Shown here one piece after another: positions 38,785 to 49,331 of a DNA stretch of 64,000 nucleotides; position 1 is the stretch's first letter, and each line of letters opens with the position of its first letter. The DNA is from Fidelibacterota bacterium (GTDB taxonomy: Bacteria > Fidelibacterota > Marinisomatia > Marinisomatales > JAHJCW01). Position numbers and translations under genes: made by a program. The DNA lies in contig JBHPLN010000001.1 of NCBI GenBank assembly GCA_042564205.1, forward strand, positions 142,900 through 206,899, in the 5' to 3' direction. The notes below the pieces were generated by a model. That model did not search any database, was not told the DNA's origin, and saw nothing but the letters and a program-made list of their open reading frames with translations.

Positions 38785-39366
38785 TTATCTCCAAAATTCT
38801 TCAAAAACTCGCTTTCGTTTAAGTACTGCTTCCCGACGCATAAGACAATCTGTTCTTAGTTCATTAGGTAGGCCTAAAGTAATGGCTTTATCAAAAGATT
38901 CCACAATTAAATCAAAATCCTGGTCATCTTTTTTTTCATAGGCACGTCCAATCCAATAAAATGGTTCACCTTCCCCTAAAATAAAACGCCCCGCCCGGCT
39001 ATATTGCTCAATAGCATCCCATAAAGCCATGCGGCTACCTTTTTTTAGATATTTATGTCCGCTTAGTAAAGCCAAATGATAGTTAGCAATCTTATTATTT
39101 TTATTTAGTTTTAGCGAACTGTTAAAGCTTTCCATCGCTCCAGCGACATCATCATTCGCCATGGCATCCAGAGCAATCTTCACATGCGCCTGCGATAATA
39201 CCGCTAGCAATTCTACATTTTCTGGTTCAGCCAATATCAACGAATCTTGCATAGCAATCAGATTTGCCGGTTCATTATCTGATAATTCAACATATGTTGG
39301 TGGTCTGGTTGCGCAGCTTGTGAATAAAAACAAACTCAATAGCCGCAATATCGTTTTTATTCTCAC
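38785..39366 (-). CDS. TPR-like repeat lipoprotein, hypothetical
   Basis: 193 aa. Lipobox LFLFTSC. Helical repeat-like sequence (A/L/Y-rich 34-aa-like units). Confidence 0.6.
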   Translation of the reverse strand: MRIKTILRLLSLFLFTSCATRPPTYVELSDNEPANLIAMQDSLILAEPENVELLAVLSQAHVKIALDAMANDDVAGAMESFNSSLKLNKNNKIANYHLALLSGHKYLKKGSRMALWDAIEQYSRAGRFILGEGEPFYWIGRAYEKKDDQDFDLIVESFDKAITLGLPNELRTDCLMRREAVLKRKRVFEEFWR

Positions 39367-39451
39367 AGATTCAATAAATTAGTATTTATTATTTTGCAAC
39401 TGCTTTTCGCTAAATAATTTATTGCACTAACCCACCTGGTCGGACCAAAAT

Positions 39452-39775
39452 TTACCACAGCCAGATATAAGTGACCGCACCGTTATTACGCCCAAGATCT
39501 GGGTCATCTGGGTGTTCACAAGCGCGTCTCATTGCTGCGCTTTCTGGATGAAACAAATCGTAGTCTTCACCATGAATTACGCTTTGAAAGCGGCCTGTCT
39601 GTTCATGACACCAGTTTCGTACTGCTCTTTTAAGCGCTCCTGTACCATGTCCATGAATTACTTTTATTACCGTGGCTTGACCGGAGTGATGTGCCTGGCT
39701 GACGGTTGCTTCCAGCTCAGAGATGGCGTCATCAACAGAAAGCTTACGGTGCCCGATGTCTATTATCTTCATCAT
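39452..39775 (-). CDS. Stand-alone Smr (small MutS-related) domain protein
   Basis: 107 aa. Smr core VIHGHGTGALKRAVRNW. Confidence 0.8.
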   Translation of the reverse strand: MMKIIDIGHRKLSVDDAISELEATVSQAHHSGQATVIKVIHGHGTGALKRAVRNWCHEQTGRFQSVIHGEDYDLFHPESAAMRRACEHPDDPDLGRNNGAVTYIWLW

Positions 39776-39852
39776 GTGTAAATTGCCTTATAAAAGCAGC
39801 GGAAAGTTTACAGAATTTCGATATTAATTTCTCAATTTTTGCAGGAATTTTC

Positions 39853-40818
39853 ATGGAATACAATATATTAGGCAGAACCGGTGTAAAGGTATCAAAAATT
39901 AGCCTGGGAACTTGGTCTTTTGGCAGCGCAAATCACTCAGCAGCAGGCGATTCTGTGGGCTGGGCAAATCAATCAGATCAAGATTCATTAAACGTTCTGA
40001 AACAAGCCTGGCAGAATGGTATAAATCACTGGGATACCGCTGATGTATATGGCCGCGGGAGATCAGAAGCGCTGATCGGGCAAGTTTGGTCTGAGATTCC
40101 ACGCAATGAGATATTTATAGCCACAAAAGTTGGGTGGGACAAGGGTCAATATGATATGTTTTACCACCCAAAACTGATTCAACAAAAATTTGATGCTTCA
40201 TTGAAAAATCTAAAATCTGATTTTGTAGATTTGTATTATTTCCATCATTGTCATTTTGGTGATTCTGAATCCGTTTTGGATGATGCGCTTGATCTCTTCA
40301 ATCGTTTTCGCGAAGCTGGAAAAGTTCGCTTCATAGGATTGTCAGATTGGAATATGTCACTGGTAATGGACCATATCGATAGTATTAACCCTGATGTCGT
40401 GCAGCCCTACCGCAACGTCATGGATGACGACTATGTCGCCAGTGGACTAAAAGATTGGATCGATAGGTATAATGCTGGTATAGCATATTTTTCTCCTTTG
40501 AAGCATGGACTGTTAACCGGAAAGTATACTACCCCCCCCACCTTTGAAGGGGGTGATTTTCGTCTGAATGTAAAGGAATTTCAGGATCCAGATTTAATAA
40601 AAAAACTCCAGGAAAACCGAACAGCGCTTGAGCGCCACTTTAAAGATCACCCAGAACCAGTTTTGCACGGGTTGATTGATGCTCTGCTTGTTGATTCTCC
40701 AACGGGTTGCGTATTATTAGGCCAAAGAAACAGTAAGCAAGCCGCATCGGTAACGTCAATTGGCCAGGCGCTTAGTGCCGATGATGCTGCCTGGGTTAAG
40801 TCATTATTTAAGAAATAG
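39853..40818 (+). CDS. Aldo/keto reductase
   Basis: Track ORF starts at 39706, but the AKR homology begins at ATG 39853 (MEYNILGRTGVKVSKISLGTW). Also GINHWDTADVYGRGRSE. Confidence 0.88.
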   Translation: MEYNILGRTGVKVSKISLGTWSFGSANHSAAGDSVGWANQSDQDSLNVLKQAWQNGINHWDTADVYGRGRSEALIGQVWSEIPRNEIFIATKVGWDKGQYDMFYHPKLIQQKFDASLKNLKSDFVDLYYFHHCHFGDSESVLDDALDLFNRFREAGKVRFIGLSDWNMSLVMDHIDSINPDVVQPYRNVMDDDYVASGLKDWIDRYNAGIAYFSPLKHGLLTGKYTTPPTFEGGDFRLNVKEFQDPDLIKKLQENRTALERHFKDHPEPVLHGLIDALLVDSPTGCVLLGQRNSKQAASVTSIGQALSADDAAWVKSLFKK

Positions 40819-40852
40819 CGTCTAATCGCAAACTCAATGGTATAAAAATATT

Positions 40853-42307
40853 ATGGTTCAAAATCCTGCAACTCCGGAAAATTTAAATATCAGCGTTATC
40901 AAGAATAGAATTGATAAGGTCTTTTCTGACCAGAAGGAACTTCGGCCTCACCTTGTTCGAACCTCTGCCAAAGACCGCATTTTAAAATTACGCAGACTAG
41001 AAACCTGGATTGATGAAAACAAAAATGATATCAGGAAAGCGCTTTACAATGATTTTCGAAAACCGGCTGCTGATGTAGACCTTACTGAAATCTGGATTAG
41101 CAAAATGGAGCTAAAAGCGGCCATCCGAAATCTACGCCATTGGGTAAAACCGCGTAAGGTTTCGCGCACTTTGACTATGATTACCACTCGCTCGTGGATA
41201 CAGTATGAGCCGCGCGGTGTGGTCCTGATTATCTCTCCGTGGAATTATCCAATTAATTTGACGTTTGGCCCTTTGGTATCCGCGATTGCTGCGGGGAATT
41301 CTGTAATTATGAAACCCTCTGAATTTTCTCCGAATTCATCTCGGTTAATGGCAAAGGCGGTTGGCGAATTATTTCCCGAAAATGAAGTTGCATTGTTTGA
41401 AGGAGAAAAAGAGGTTGCAATTGAATTACTCAAGAAACCGTTCGATCATATCTTCTTTACTGGCAGCACCGAAACCGGTAAAAAGGTAATGGTTGCTGCT
41501 GCTAAAAATTTGACGTCCATCACGCTTGAGCTTGGCGGAAAATCCCCGGCAATAGTTGATACATCTGCCAATCTGAAAGATGCCGCTGAAAAAATTGCCT
41601 GGGGAAAATTCATGAACTGCGGCCAAACCTGTCTGGCTCCTGATTACGTTATAGTGGAGGCCTCAGTAAAGAATGATTTTACAAACCATTTAAAACGATC
41701 TATTGAAAAATTCTTCGGTGAAACAGAAACCGCTCTTAAAAACAGCAGTGATTATTCACGGCTTATCCACAATGCTCATTTTACTAAATTAAGGATGATG
41801 CTTGATTCGGCAATTGCGAATGGTGCAAAAGTTCTTTTCGGCGCAGACCTTGATGAAAAAACACTATATATTTCACCAACTGTTTTATCCAACCTGAATC
41901 CAAATTCCACAATAATGCAGGAAGAGATATTTGGGCCCATCTTGCCTGTTTTAACTTTTGAAAATTTGCCAGAAGCCTTGAAAATTATAAATGCTCTTCC
42001 CAAGCCATTGGCTTTATATATATTCAGCCGTAATAAAAAAACCATCGAGAGCGTACTCGCGGGGACATCCGCTGGGGGCACCTGTATTAACGACACGGTA
42101 ATCAATTTTGCACATATGAAACTGCCTTTCGGTGGAGTCAATACCAGTGGGATGGGTAGCACACACGGTTTTCATGGATTCAAAGCCTTTTCCCATGAGA
42201 GGGCGATACTGAAGCACCATCTTTATTCGCCGCTTAAATGGATGTTTCCACCCTACACAAAAGGCGTGAAGAAAATTATTGATATCGCAACAAAATATTT
42301 TCAATAA
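40853..42307 (+). CDS. NAD(P)-dependent aldehyde dehydrogenase (class 3-like)
   Basis: 484 aa. FTGSTETGK, catalytic Glu block ELGGKSP, catalytic Cys block NCGQTCLAPDY, and EEIFGPILP. Confidence 0.92.
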   Translation: MVQNPATPENLNISVIKNRIDKVFSDQKELRPHLVRTSAKDRILKLRRLETWIDENKNDIRKALYNDFRKPAADVDLTEIWISKMELKAAIRNLRHWVKPRKVSRTLTMITTRSWIQYEPRGVVLIISPWNYPINLTFGPLVSAIAAGNSVIMKPSEFSPNSSRLMAKAVGELFPENEVALFEGEKEVAIELLKKPFDHIFFTGSTETGKKVMVAAAKNLTSITLELGGKSPAIVDTSANLKDAAEKIAWGKFMNCGQTCLAPDYVIVEASVKNDFTNHLKRSIEKFFGETETALKNSSDYSRLIHNAHFTKLRMMLDSAIANGAKVLFGADLDEKTLYISPTVLSNLNPNSTIMQEEIFGPILPVLTFENLPEALKIINALPKPLALYIFSRNKKTIESVLAGTSAGGTCINDTVINFAHMKLPFGGVNTSGMGSTHGFHGFKAFSHERAILKHHLYSPLKWMFPPYTKGVKKIIDIATKYFQ

Positions 42308-42834
42308 TCTATAAATACAACTTTGCTTTTGTTGTCGTGATTCAAATATACTGTTCTTTTTTCTTTCCCGATAAAGACATGAACAATATTGGTCTGAATT
42401 TGGTTCAGTTCTGTAAGTACTGAATTTGTGATTTTCATTGAATTCACAATCGTTACACTATCTGATTCTAAATAGCACCAGAAAAAATCTGGTTCAACTT
42501 CTTTGCCGATAAAATTTAATTCTATTTGTTTTTCATCCGCAGATAGCGAGAAATGGTTTTTCAAATAAGTCGTGATAATTGCATGGACGCTTGTTTCTTC
42601 TCGCGTTTCCCCAATGTATAATTTTTGTTTTGCAGCTTTTTCCAGAGCCTGTATCAGATCTTCTGGTATTGTCTTGAGAGTTATTTCGAGTTTTCCTGAT
42701 TCTGGATTTTGATATATCTCCGTTACGCTCACATGATAGGGGTGCATTGATAGTAGGGCCATTGAAAAAAACAAGACTATAAGTTTGTATCTGTTTGTTC
42801 TTTGTGACAACCGGCTCACCTTTTTTATTATCAT
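42301..42834 (-). CDS. Hypothetical secreted/anchored protein
   Basis: 177 aa. N-terminal hydrophobic signal-like segment (LIVLFFSMALLSM). No catalytic motif recognised. Its 3-prime end overlaps the ALDH 3-prime end by 7 nt. Confidence 0.5.
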   Translation of the reverse strand: MIIKKVSRLSQRTNRYKLIVLFFSMALLSMHPYHVSVTEIYQNPESGKLEITLKTIPEDLIQALEKAAKQKLYIGETREETSVHAIITTYLKNHFSLSADEKQIELNFIGKEVEPDFFWCYLESDSVTIVNSMKITNSVLTELNQIQTNIVHVFIGKEKRTVYLNHDNKSKVVFIDY

Positions 42835-42948
42835 ACTTTTATGCAGGGATTTTCCTATATTTTCACCCTAAATCAAGAGTAGCTAAAAACAAATTTCAAT
42901 TGATATATTGTCATAGTCAATGAGCAAACTTAAGTCTGAGGACTTTTT

Positions 42949-45312
42949 ATGAAAAACATGTTTTCCTTTCGCCGTTTTCTTTCTGTCTCGTTAATAATTG
43001 TGGTTTGTCTCCCCGGTCAAATAGATTTACAGAAAGATAAATTTCGTCAGTTAAAAGAAGAATTCGCTACGCCCAATGTTTATCGTACAGCATCCGGAGC
43101 ACCAGGACATGAGTACTGGCAGCAAAAAGCCGATTATGTAATGAATATTGAATTGGACGATGAAAATCAACGCGTGTATGGTTCTGAAATAATAACCTAT
43201 TACAATCAATCTCCTGACCCATTATCGTATTTGTGGCTGCAGCTTGATCAGAATGTTCGAGCATTAGATTCCGATTCTCCCTTGGCGCAACCCAGTAATA
43301 TTGATGATCGCAAATCGTTCAATGAAATAGCGGAGTTACATCGTGATTTCGATGGGGGTTTTAAGCTGGAGCATGTAAATGATAAAGATGGCAAACCACT
43401 TGCTTATACCGTCAACAAAACTATGTTGCGTGTTGATTTACCAAATTCATTATTGCCCGGTGAAACATTTGACCTAAATATTAAGTGGTGGTATAACATA
43501 AATGATTATAAAAAAATAGGAGGGCGTTCTGGTTTAGAATATTTTGAAGAGGAAGATAATTATCTTTATGTAATTGCTCAGTTTTTCCCCCGGATGGCAG
43601 TTTACTCAGATTTTGAAGGCTGGCAAAATAAGCAGTTTTTAGGCCGTGGAGAATTTGCTCTTACATTTGGCGATTATGATGTCAAGATTACGGTGCCAGT
43701 TGATCATGTTGTTGCGGCAACGGGTGTTTTGCAAAATCCAAAGAAAGTTCTGACATCTGAACAACGTTCGCGCCTTAAAAAAGCAAAATCAGCCAATCGG
43801 CCGGTGATGATAATTGCACTAGATGAAGCCCTTGAGAATGAACTATCCCGTTCTGATAAAGAAGCAACCTGGCATTTTAAGGCTGAGAATGTCCGCGATT
43901 TTGCCTTTGCCAGCTCGCGCAAATTTATCTGGGATGCTATGGGTGTTCCTTTTGGCGACCGTACAGTGATGGCAATGTCCTTTTATCCCAAGGAAGGCAA
44001 TCCGCTCTGGGAAAAATATTCAACCAACGTTGTTGCCCACACATTAAGAAACTATTCGAGTTTCACATTTGATTATCCTTATCCTGTTGCTATTTCTATT
44101 CATGCCGATTGGCAAGGGATGGAATATCCTATGATCTGCTTCAATGGCGGCAGGCCAGAAGATGACGGCACTTATTCAGAACGCACAAAATATGGCATGC
44201 TTGGCGTTATAATACATGAAGTTGGCCACAACTATTTCCCAATGATTGTCAATTCTGATGAACGCCAATGGACTTGGATGGACGAGGGCTTAAACACATT
44301 TTTACAATATCTTACCGAGCAGGCCTGGGAAGAAGATTATCCATCAAGAAAGGGCCCAGCACAAAAAATTGTTGATTATATGAAAGGTGAAAAATCCCAG
44401 ATTATGCCAATTATGACCAATTCTGAATCTCTTATCAATTTCAGCGATAACGCCTATGGAAAGCCGACGACAGCTTTAAATATTTTACGCGAAACGATCA
44501 TGGGCCGGGAATTGTTTGATTTCGCTTTTAAACAATATGCTCAGCGTTGGATGTTTAAACACCCAACCCCTGAAGATTTCTTTAGAACTATGGAGGATGC
44601 TTCAGGGATTGATCTTGATTGGTTCTGGCGCGGTTGGTTTTATTCAGTTGATCATGTTGACATTAGCATTGATGAGGTTAACTGGTATCGAGTCAATACT
44701 AAGGATCCTGAAATCGAGAAACCCTTCAAAAGAGAGCAACAAAATAATCAACCGGAAAATATCAGTACAACCCGTAATCGGGAAATATTAACGCGCGCTG
44801 CAGAGCTAGATTCTTCTCTACTTGATTTTTATAATCGATATGATCCGTATGAGATCACTCCTGCTGATATAGAAAAATATGAGGATTATTTTAATTCGCT
44901 TGAAGAAGACGAACAGGCTCTGTTGGTTGATAAATACAATTATTATGAAGTCTCTTTTTCTAATGTAGGTGGACTTGTAATGCCTATTTTACTTGAGTTT
45001 GAATTCACTGATGGTAGTCAAGAGTTTATAAAGATTCCTGCAGAAGTCTGGCGTACACATCCAAAATCAGTCAGCAAAGTATTTCCATTTGAAAAAGAAT
45101 TGACCAGCATCAACATGGATCCTTATTTAGAAACAGCCGATGTGGATCGCAAAAATAATTACTGGCCGCCAAGAATTGAGCCGACCCGGTTTGAGCTATT
45201 TAAAGAATCCTGGGATTCGCCGAACATTATGAAACAAAAGCAGAAAGAAACTGAGGCCTTAAAAGAAAAAATGGAGTCTGAAGAAACGGCTGAACCAGGT
45301 TCTGATTCATAG
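42949..45312 (+). CDS. M1 family zinc metallopeptidase (secreted)
   Basis: 787 aa with a signal-like N-terminus. Gluzincin motif HEVGHNYF followed by WMDEGLNTF, with a degenerate exopeptidase motif QGMEYP upstream. Confidence 0.88.
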   Translation: MKNMFSFRRFLSVSLIIVVCLPGQIDLQKDKFRQLKEEFATPNVYRTASGAPGHEYWQQKADYVMNIELDDENQRVYGSEIITYYNQSPDPLSYLWLQLDQNVRALDSDSPLAQPSNIDDRKSFNEIAELHRDFDGGFKLEHVNDKDGKPLAYTVNKTMLRVDLPNSLLPGETFDLNIKWWYNINDYKKIGGRSGLEYFEEEDNYLYVIAQFFPRMAVYSDFEGWQNKQFLGRGEFALTFGDYDVKITVPVDHVVAATGVLQNPKKVLTSEQRSRLKKAKSANRPVMIIALDEALENELSRSDKEATWHFKAENVRDFAFASSRKFIWDAMGVPFGDRTVMAMSFYPKEGNPLWEKYSTNVVAHTLRNYSSFTFDYPYPVAISIHADWQGMEYPMICFNGGRPEDDGTYSERTKYGMLGVIIHEVGHNYFPMIVNSDERQWTWMDEGLNTFLQYLTEQAWEEDYPSRKGPAQKIVDYMKGEKSQIMPIMTNSESLINFSDNAYGKPTTALNILRETIMGRELFDFAFKQYAQRWMFKHPTPEDFFRTMEDASGIDLDWFWRGWFYSVDHVDISIDEVNWYRVNTKDPEIEKPFKREQQNNQPENISTTRNREILTRAAELDSSLLDFYNRYDPYEITPADIEKYEDYFNSLEEDEQALLVDKYNYYEVSFSNVGGLVMPILLEFEFTDGSQEFIKIPAEVWRTHPKSVSKVFPFEKELTSINMDPYLETADVDRKNNYWPPRIEPTRFELFKESWDSPNIMKQKQKETEALKEKMESEETAEPGSDS

Positions 45313-45423
45313 TAAAAACAGCTTGATACTATTTTTGGGATTGGCCTGACCATAACGCACAGATAAATTCTGGCATTGTATTCTATCCTTATCAATATCG
45401 CTGCCTTCATTTTAGGATCAACT

Positions 45424-47229
45424 ATGAAAAACGCTCTATTTAGTCTAATTATATTTTTATCGATGATTACATTCTGTTGCCAACCCGTTGCAAAGGTTTT
45501 CACCGGCAAATCCAAATCTGTAAATCCCAATATCACGGAAACCGAACTGCAAGATCATATTAAATTTCTTGCTTCGGACGAACTTAAAGGACGCTTTCCA
45601 GGAACCTATGAATCCGGTTTAGCAATTCAATATTTGATAAATGAGCTGTCGTCGGCCGGAATTACTTCGATAGATACAACGGTCTATATTCAGACGTTTG
45701 AATTTGTTAATAGTGTTGAGCTTGGGGCGGACAATAGATTAAATATCAACCAAATGGAATATCGCGCTGGAACAGACTTCATACCGCTTGGTTTTTCAAG
45801 TAGTGATAGTCTTTCGGCTCCGGTCGTTTTTACAGGATTCGGTTTTTCAATTAACGATTCAATAAAATGGGACGATTACAATGCTGTTGATGTCAATGAA
45901 AAATGGGTATTAATTATCCGCGGTGGCCCCGAAGATAGTCCCCATTCTCAATATGCTGATCATGAGGCTTTAAGAAAAAAAGTTTTAGTCGCGCGCGACA
46001 ATGAAGCGGCAGGTGTTCTGTTTGTATCGAAAATAGAAGATGATGAGAAAGATGCCCTTGAAACGCTTCGATATGATAACAGTTTTTCAGGAGCGGGCAT
46101 ACCCGTTCTGCAAATAACACAAGATTTGGCTGACGAAATTTTGAAACCAGCCAAAGCAAATCTGCAATATTTTCAGGGAAAATTAATAGCGGATTTAGCC
46201 CCTGTTTCATTCTTGGTTCCTAATCTTAATGTTTCAGGCTTTATTGAGATTGTTAAGAAAAATGAAACCGGAACAAATGTAGTTGGATTTATTCCTGGAA
46301 ATGATTCGGTATTAAAAAATGAATTTATAATCCTTGGTGCTCATTTTGATCATCTCGGTTTTGGTGGTCCTGGATCGGGCTCATTAACGCCTGATTTATC
46401 TGAAATTCACAACGGTGCCGATGACAACGCTTCCGGTATTTCTGCCGTCATTGAGATTGCCGAACGCTTGACCACAGGCAAATCAAAACTTAACCGCAGT
46501 GTAGTAATCTTAGGCTTTGACGCAGAAGAGCGAGGTTTAATTGGTTCTAAATATTTTGTGAACGATCCATTAATCAATTTAAGTAATTCTGTAGCAATGC
46601 TAAATCTTGACATGATTGGACGCCTGAGTGAAAACAGGCTTACAATCGGCGGAACAGGCACATCTCCCGAATTTGAAAATATATTAAATGAGGTTAATGA
46701 TAAATACGGCCTAAAATTGAAATTTAGTCCAGAAGGCTATGGCCCTAGCGATCATGCCAGCTTTTATACTGCAGACCAACCTGTCCTTTTCTTTTTCACA
46801 GGAACACATGAAGATTACCATAAGCCCACGGATGACTGGGAAAAAATAAATTTAAATGGAGTTAAAAAGATTTCTGATTTTGTCTTCGATCTGATTAAGC
46901 GCATTGACGGGGAAGAGCAGCGCCCTGTTTTCACTCAGGCGGGCCCCAAGGCCTCTCAAGCCCCAGGGCGCCAGTTTAAAGTAACCTTTGGAATTATACC
47001 GGCTTACGGAAGTCAGGTGCAGGGTATGGAAATAGATGGTGTTCGCAAAGATGGACCAGCCGAAAAAGCCGGTTTTATAAAGGGTGACATAATAATTGCC
47101 ATTGATGGAAAGGCAATTGGCGATATTTATGACTATATGTATCGATTAGGAGAGCTGAAATCAGGCCAGACTGTTATTGTAGATGTGAACCGGGACGACC
47201 AAATTCTCAAATTAGAAGTAACGCTTTAG
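45424..47229 (+). CDS. M28 family aminopeptidase with PA domain and C-terminal PDZ domain
   Basis: Likely start ATG 45424 (MKNALFSLIIFLSMITFCC, signal/lipobox-like). M28 blocks HFDHLG, GADDNASG, DAEERGLIGS, GPSDHASF. C-terminal PDZ GMEIDGVRKDGPAEKAGFIKGDIIIAIDGKAI. Confidence 0.85.
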   Translation: MKNALFSLIIFLSMITFCCQPVAKVFTGKSKSVNPNITETELQDHIKFLASDELKGRFPGTYESGLAIQYLINELSSAGITSIDTTVYIQTFEFVNSVELGADNRLNINQMEYRAGTDFIPLGFSSSDSLSAPVVFTGFGFSINDSIKWDDYNAVDVNEKWVLIIRGGPEDSPHSQYADHEALRKKVLVARDNEAAGVLFVSKIEDDEKDALETLRYDNSFSGAGIPVLQITQDLADEILKPAKANLQYFQGKLIADLAPVSFLVPNLNVSGFIEIVKKNETGTNVVGFIPGNDSVLKNEFIILGAHFDHLGFGGPGSGSLTPDLSEIHNGADDNASGISAVIEIAERLTTGKSKLNRSVVILGFDAEERGLIGSKYFVNDPLINLSNSVAMLNLDMIGRLSENRLTIGGTGTSPEFENILNEVNDKYGLKLKFSPEGYGPSDHASFYTADQPVLFFFTGTHEDYHKPTDDWEKINLNGVKKISDFVFDLIKRIDGEEQRPVFTQAGPKASQAPGRQFKVTFGIIPAYGSQVQGMEIDGVRKDGPAEKAGFIKGDIIIAIDGKAIGDIYDYMYRLGELKSGQTVIVDVNRDDQILKLEVTL

Positions 47230-47247
47230 TTACATCTGTTTATTTTT

Positions 47248-48342
47248 TCAGTCAACCCATTCACAAATAAAAATATTTGTATCGCCCTGTTTGGCATTAT
47301 TTCGATTTGACGCAAAAACGAAATGCTTTCCATCGGGACTAAACATCGGGAATCCATCAAATCCTTCAAAATGGGTTATGCGCTCCAGATTACCGCCATC
47401 TAAATCAATGGCATAGAGGTCAAAATTCCGGCCGCCTGGTTTTTCCAGATTTGAGCAGAAAATTATTCTATTATCGCCGGGGAAAAAGAATGGTGCGAAA
47501 TTGGCGGCTTCGTTATCGGTAATCTGAATTGGATTTGAGCCGTCAGTATTCATTATTCTCAACTGTAAAGCCATAGGGCGAATTGCGTTGTCTGCCATCA
47601 GTTGATTATAGTCATTTTTCTCCTGTTCAGTTTCGGGATAATAAGCCCGCCACACAATTTTTGAACCGTCATGGCTGTAAAATGGCCCGCCGTCATAGCC
47701 TAAGCGGTCTGTTAGTTGTTTTTTCTCCGATCCATCTGGATTCATTGTCCATATTTCCAAATCACCACTGGCTTTTGAGGCATATACTATTTTGCTGCCA
47801 TCCTCAGCAAAAGTAGCCTCGGCATCATAGCCATCGGTCGTTGTAAGCTGTTCAAGGTTGGTTCCATCAACGTCACCCCGAAAAATGTCAAATTCGGGAT
47901 GAAGTTTCCACACATACCCTTTACTGAAGTCCGGTGGTGGTGGACATTCATTACCATGGTGATGTGTTGAAGCATAAACAATTTTGTCATCTTTTGGATA
48001 TTGGAAATAACTGCAGGTTGTAACGCCCTTGCCAGTAGATACTAATTCAATCTCTTTTGTTTCCAAATTCATGATATATATTTGATCGCAGAGTCCTTCG
48101 CCGTCATGACCTTGAAAGATTAATTTTTTACCGTCCGCACTGAAATACGCCTCAGCATTTTCGCCGCTGAAAGTAAGTTGTCGAATATTTTTAAAATGCT
48201 CTTCACCTTCAATAACTAGTTCAGGATTAAACGGCTCAACTATTGCAGTTTTTTTATTGACGATATATATAATTACTATTAAAACTATAAGAACTACCGT
48301 TGTTACTTGATTTCTAAATTGCTTTATTTTGCTCATTATCAA
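47248..48342 (-). CDS. TolB-like / PD40 beta-propeller repeat protein, membrane anchored
   Basis: 364 aa. N-terminal TM (VVLIVLIVIIYIV). Repeated FSxDGxKIxF/Y PD40-type blades (FSADGKKLIF, FAEDGSKIVY, YSHDGSKIVW, FSPDGKHFVF). Confidence 0.75.
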   Translation of the reverse strand: MIMSKIKQFRNQVTTVVLIVLIVIIYIVNKKTAIVEPFNPELVIEGEEHFKNIRQLTFSGENAEAYFSADGKKLIFQGHDGEGLCDQIYIMNLETKEIELVSTGKGVTTCSYFQYPKDDKIVYASTHHHGNECPPPPDFSKGYVWKLHPEFDIFRGDVDGTNLEQLTTTDGYDAEATFAEDGSKIVYASKASGDLEIWTMNPDGSEKKQLTDRLGYDGGPFYSHDGSKIVWRAYYPETEQEKNDYNQLMADNAIRPMALQLRIMNTDGSNPIQITDNEAANFAPFFFPGDNRIIFCSNLEKPGGRNFDLYAIDLDGGNLERITHFEGFDGFPMFSPDGKHFVFASNRNNAKQGDTNIFICEWVD

Positions 48343-48467
48343 CCTCTATAATAGGCGCGAATTTACTGTCTCCTGTTATAGTGAATCGATTACTTTTCTA
48401 AATTGATTTGACCTAATTTTCCATATATGATTATTAAAAAAATATTTTAGATATTATCCTTACCAAA

Positions 48468-49331
48468 TTGGTTAATAAAAGAAATATCATCCTGTTTTTC
48501 AGTCTATTTGCCGTTAGTACGGCGTCCATAATAGTGCGTTTTATTCCAGAGTTATCTGCAGTTGCTATTGCATTTTGGAGAATGGCTGTCGCAAGCATTT
48601 TACTATGGGGCGTAAGCCTTGTCAAATCTCAACAGTCCTTAACTAAAACCAATCGACGTCTCACCATAATCGCTGGCGTTATTCTTGGTTTTCATTTTGC
48701 TTGTTTTTTTGGAGCCATTAAGTACACTTCTATTGCTAACGCAACATTGCTTGCGGCTCTTGCTCCAATTTATACACTGATAATTGAAAAAGTGTTTTTC
48801 AAGAAAGATTTTAACAGGCTAATCATCTTGGGTTTGATTCTTGCTTTAATTGGATTGTTAATAATAATTGGTTTTTCACAGTTCTTGGGAAATGAAGATT
48901 TGCTAGGTCGGGGATTAGCTCTATTGTCTGGAATGGCGATAGCGTTTGTATTTCTTCTCTCTGGCAAAGTTCGAGAAAAAACCAATACTATAAGCTATAC
49001 CAGGTCATTATACAGCGGTGCCGCGGTTTGTTTATTAATTCTTGGTTTTATTGGCAGTGGCCCGTTTCTTCCTGTTTCTATTTCTAATATTATATTGTTA
49101 TTTATACTTGGACTTGTACCAACTATTTTCGGGCACAGTGGTTTATATTATTCCATAAAATATTCTTCTCCAACCCTAGTTGCTTCTATACCAATTGGAG
49201 AGCCGGTTATTGCTTCGCTGCTTGCGCTGCTGGTTTTATCTGAAGCGATCCCGTTAAATACCGGGCTTGGAGGAGTACTTGTCTTGGTTGGTCTATATTT
49301 AACTGTACGACACCATGAGCCTTTAATCTAA
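48468..49331 (+). CDS. EamA/DMT family transporter
   Basis: 287 aa with a TTG start, 10-TM-like hydrophobicity and two EamA halves. Confidence 0.75.
   Translation: MVNKRNIILFFSLFAVSTASIIVRFIPELSAVAIAFWRMAVASILLWGVSLVKSQQSLTKTNRRLTIIAGVILGFHFACFFGAIKYTSIANATLLAALAPIYTLIIEKVFFKKDFNRLIILGLILALIGLLIIIGFSQFLGNEDLLGRGLALLSGMAIAFVFLLSGKVREKTNTISYTRSLYSGAAVCLLILGFIGSGPFLPVSISNIILLFILGLVPTIFGHSGLYYSIKYSSPTLVASIPIGEPVIASLLALLVLSEAIPLNTGLGGVLVLVGLYLTVRHHEPLI

Noticed and set aside
41776-42304. 128-aa and 96-aa minus-strand ORFs inside the aldehyde dehydrogenase gene
   Set aside because: They are shadow ORFs. The plus strand carries the ALDH catalytic Glu and Cys blocks.
45159-45536. 125-aa minus-strand ORF spanning the M1/M28 intergenic region
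   Set aside because: It overlaps the 3-prime end of one well-supported gene and the 5-prime end of another, and has no recognisable features.
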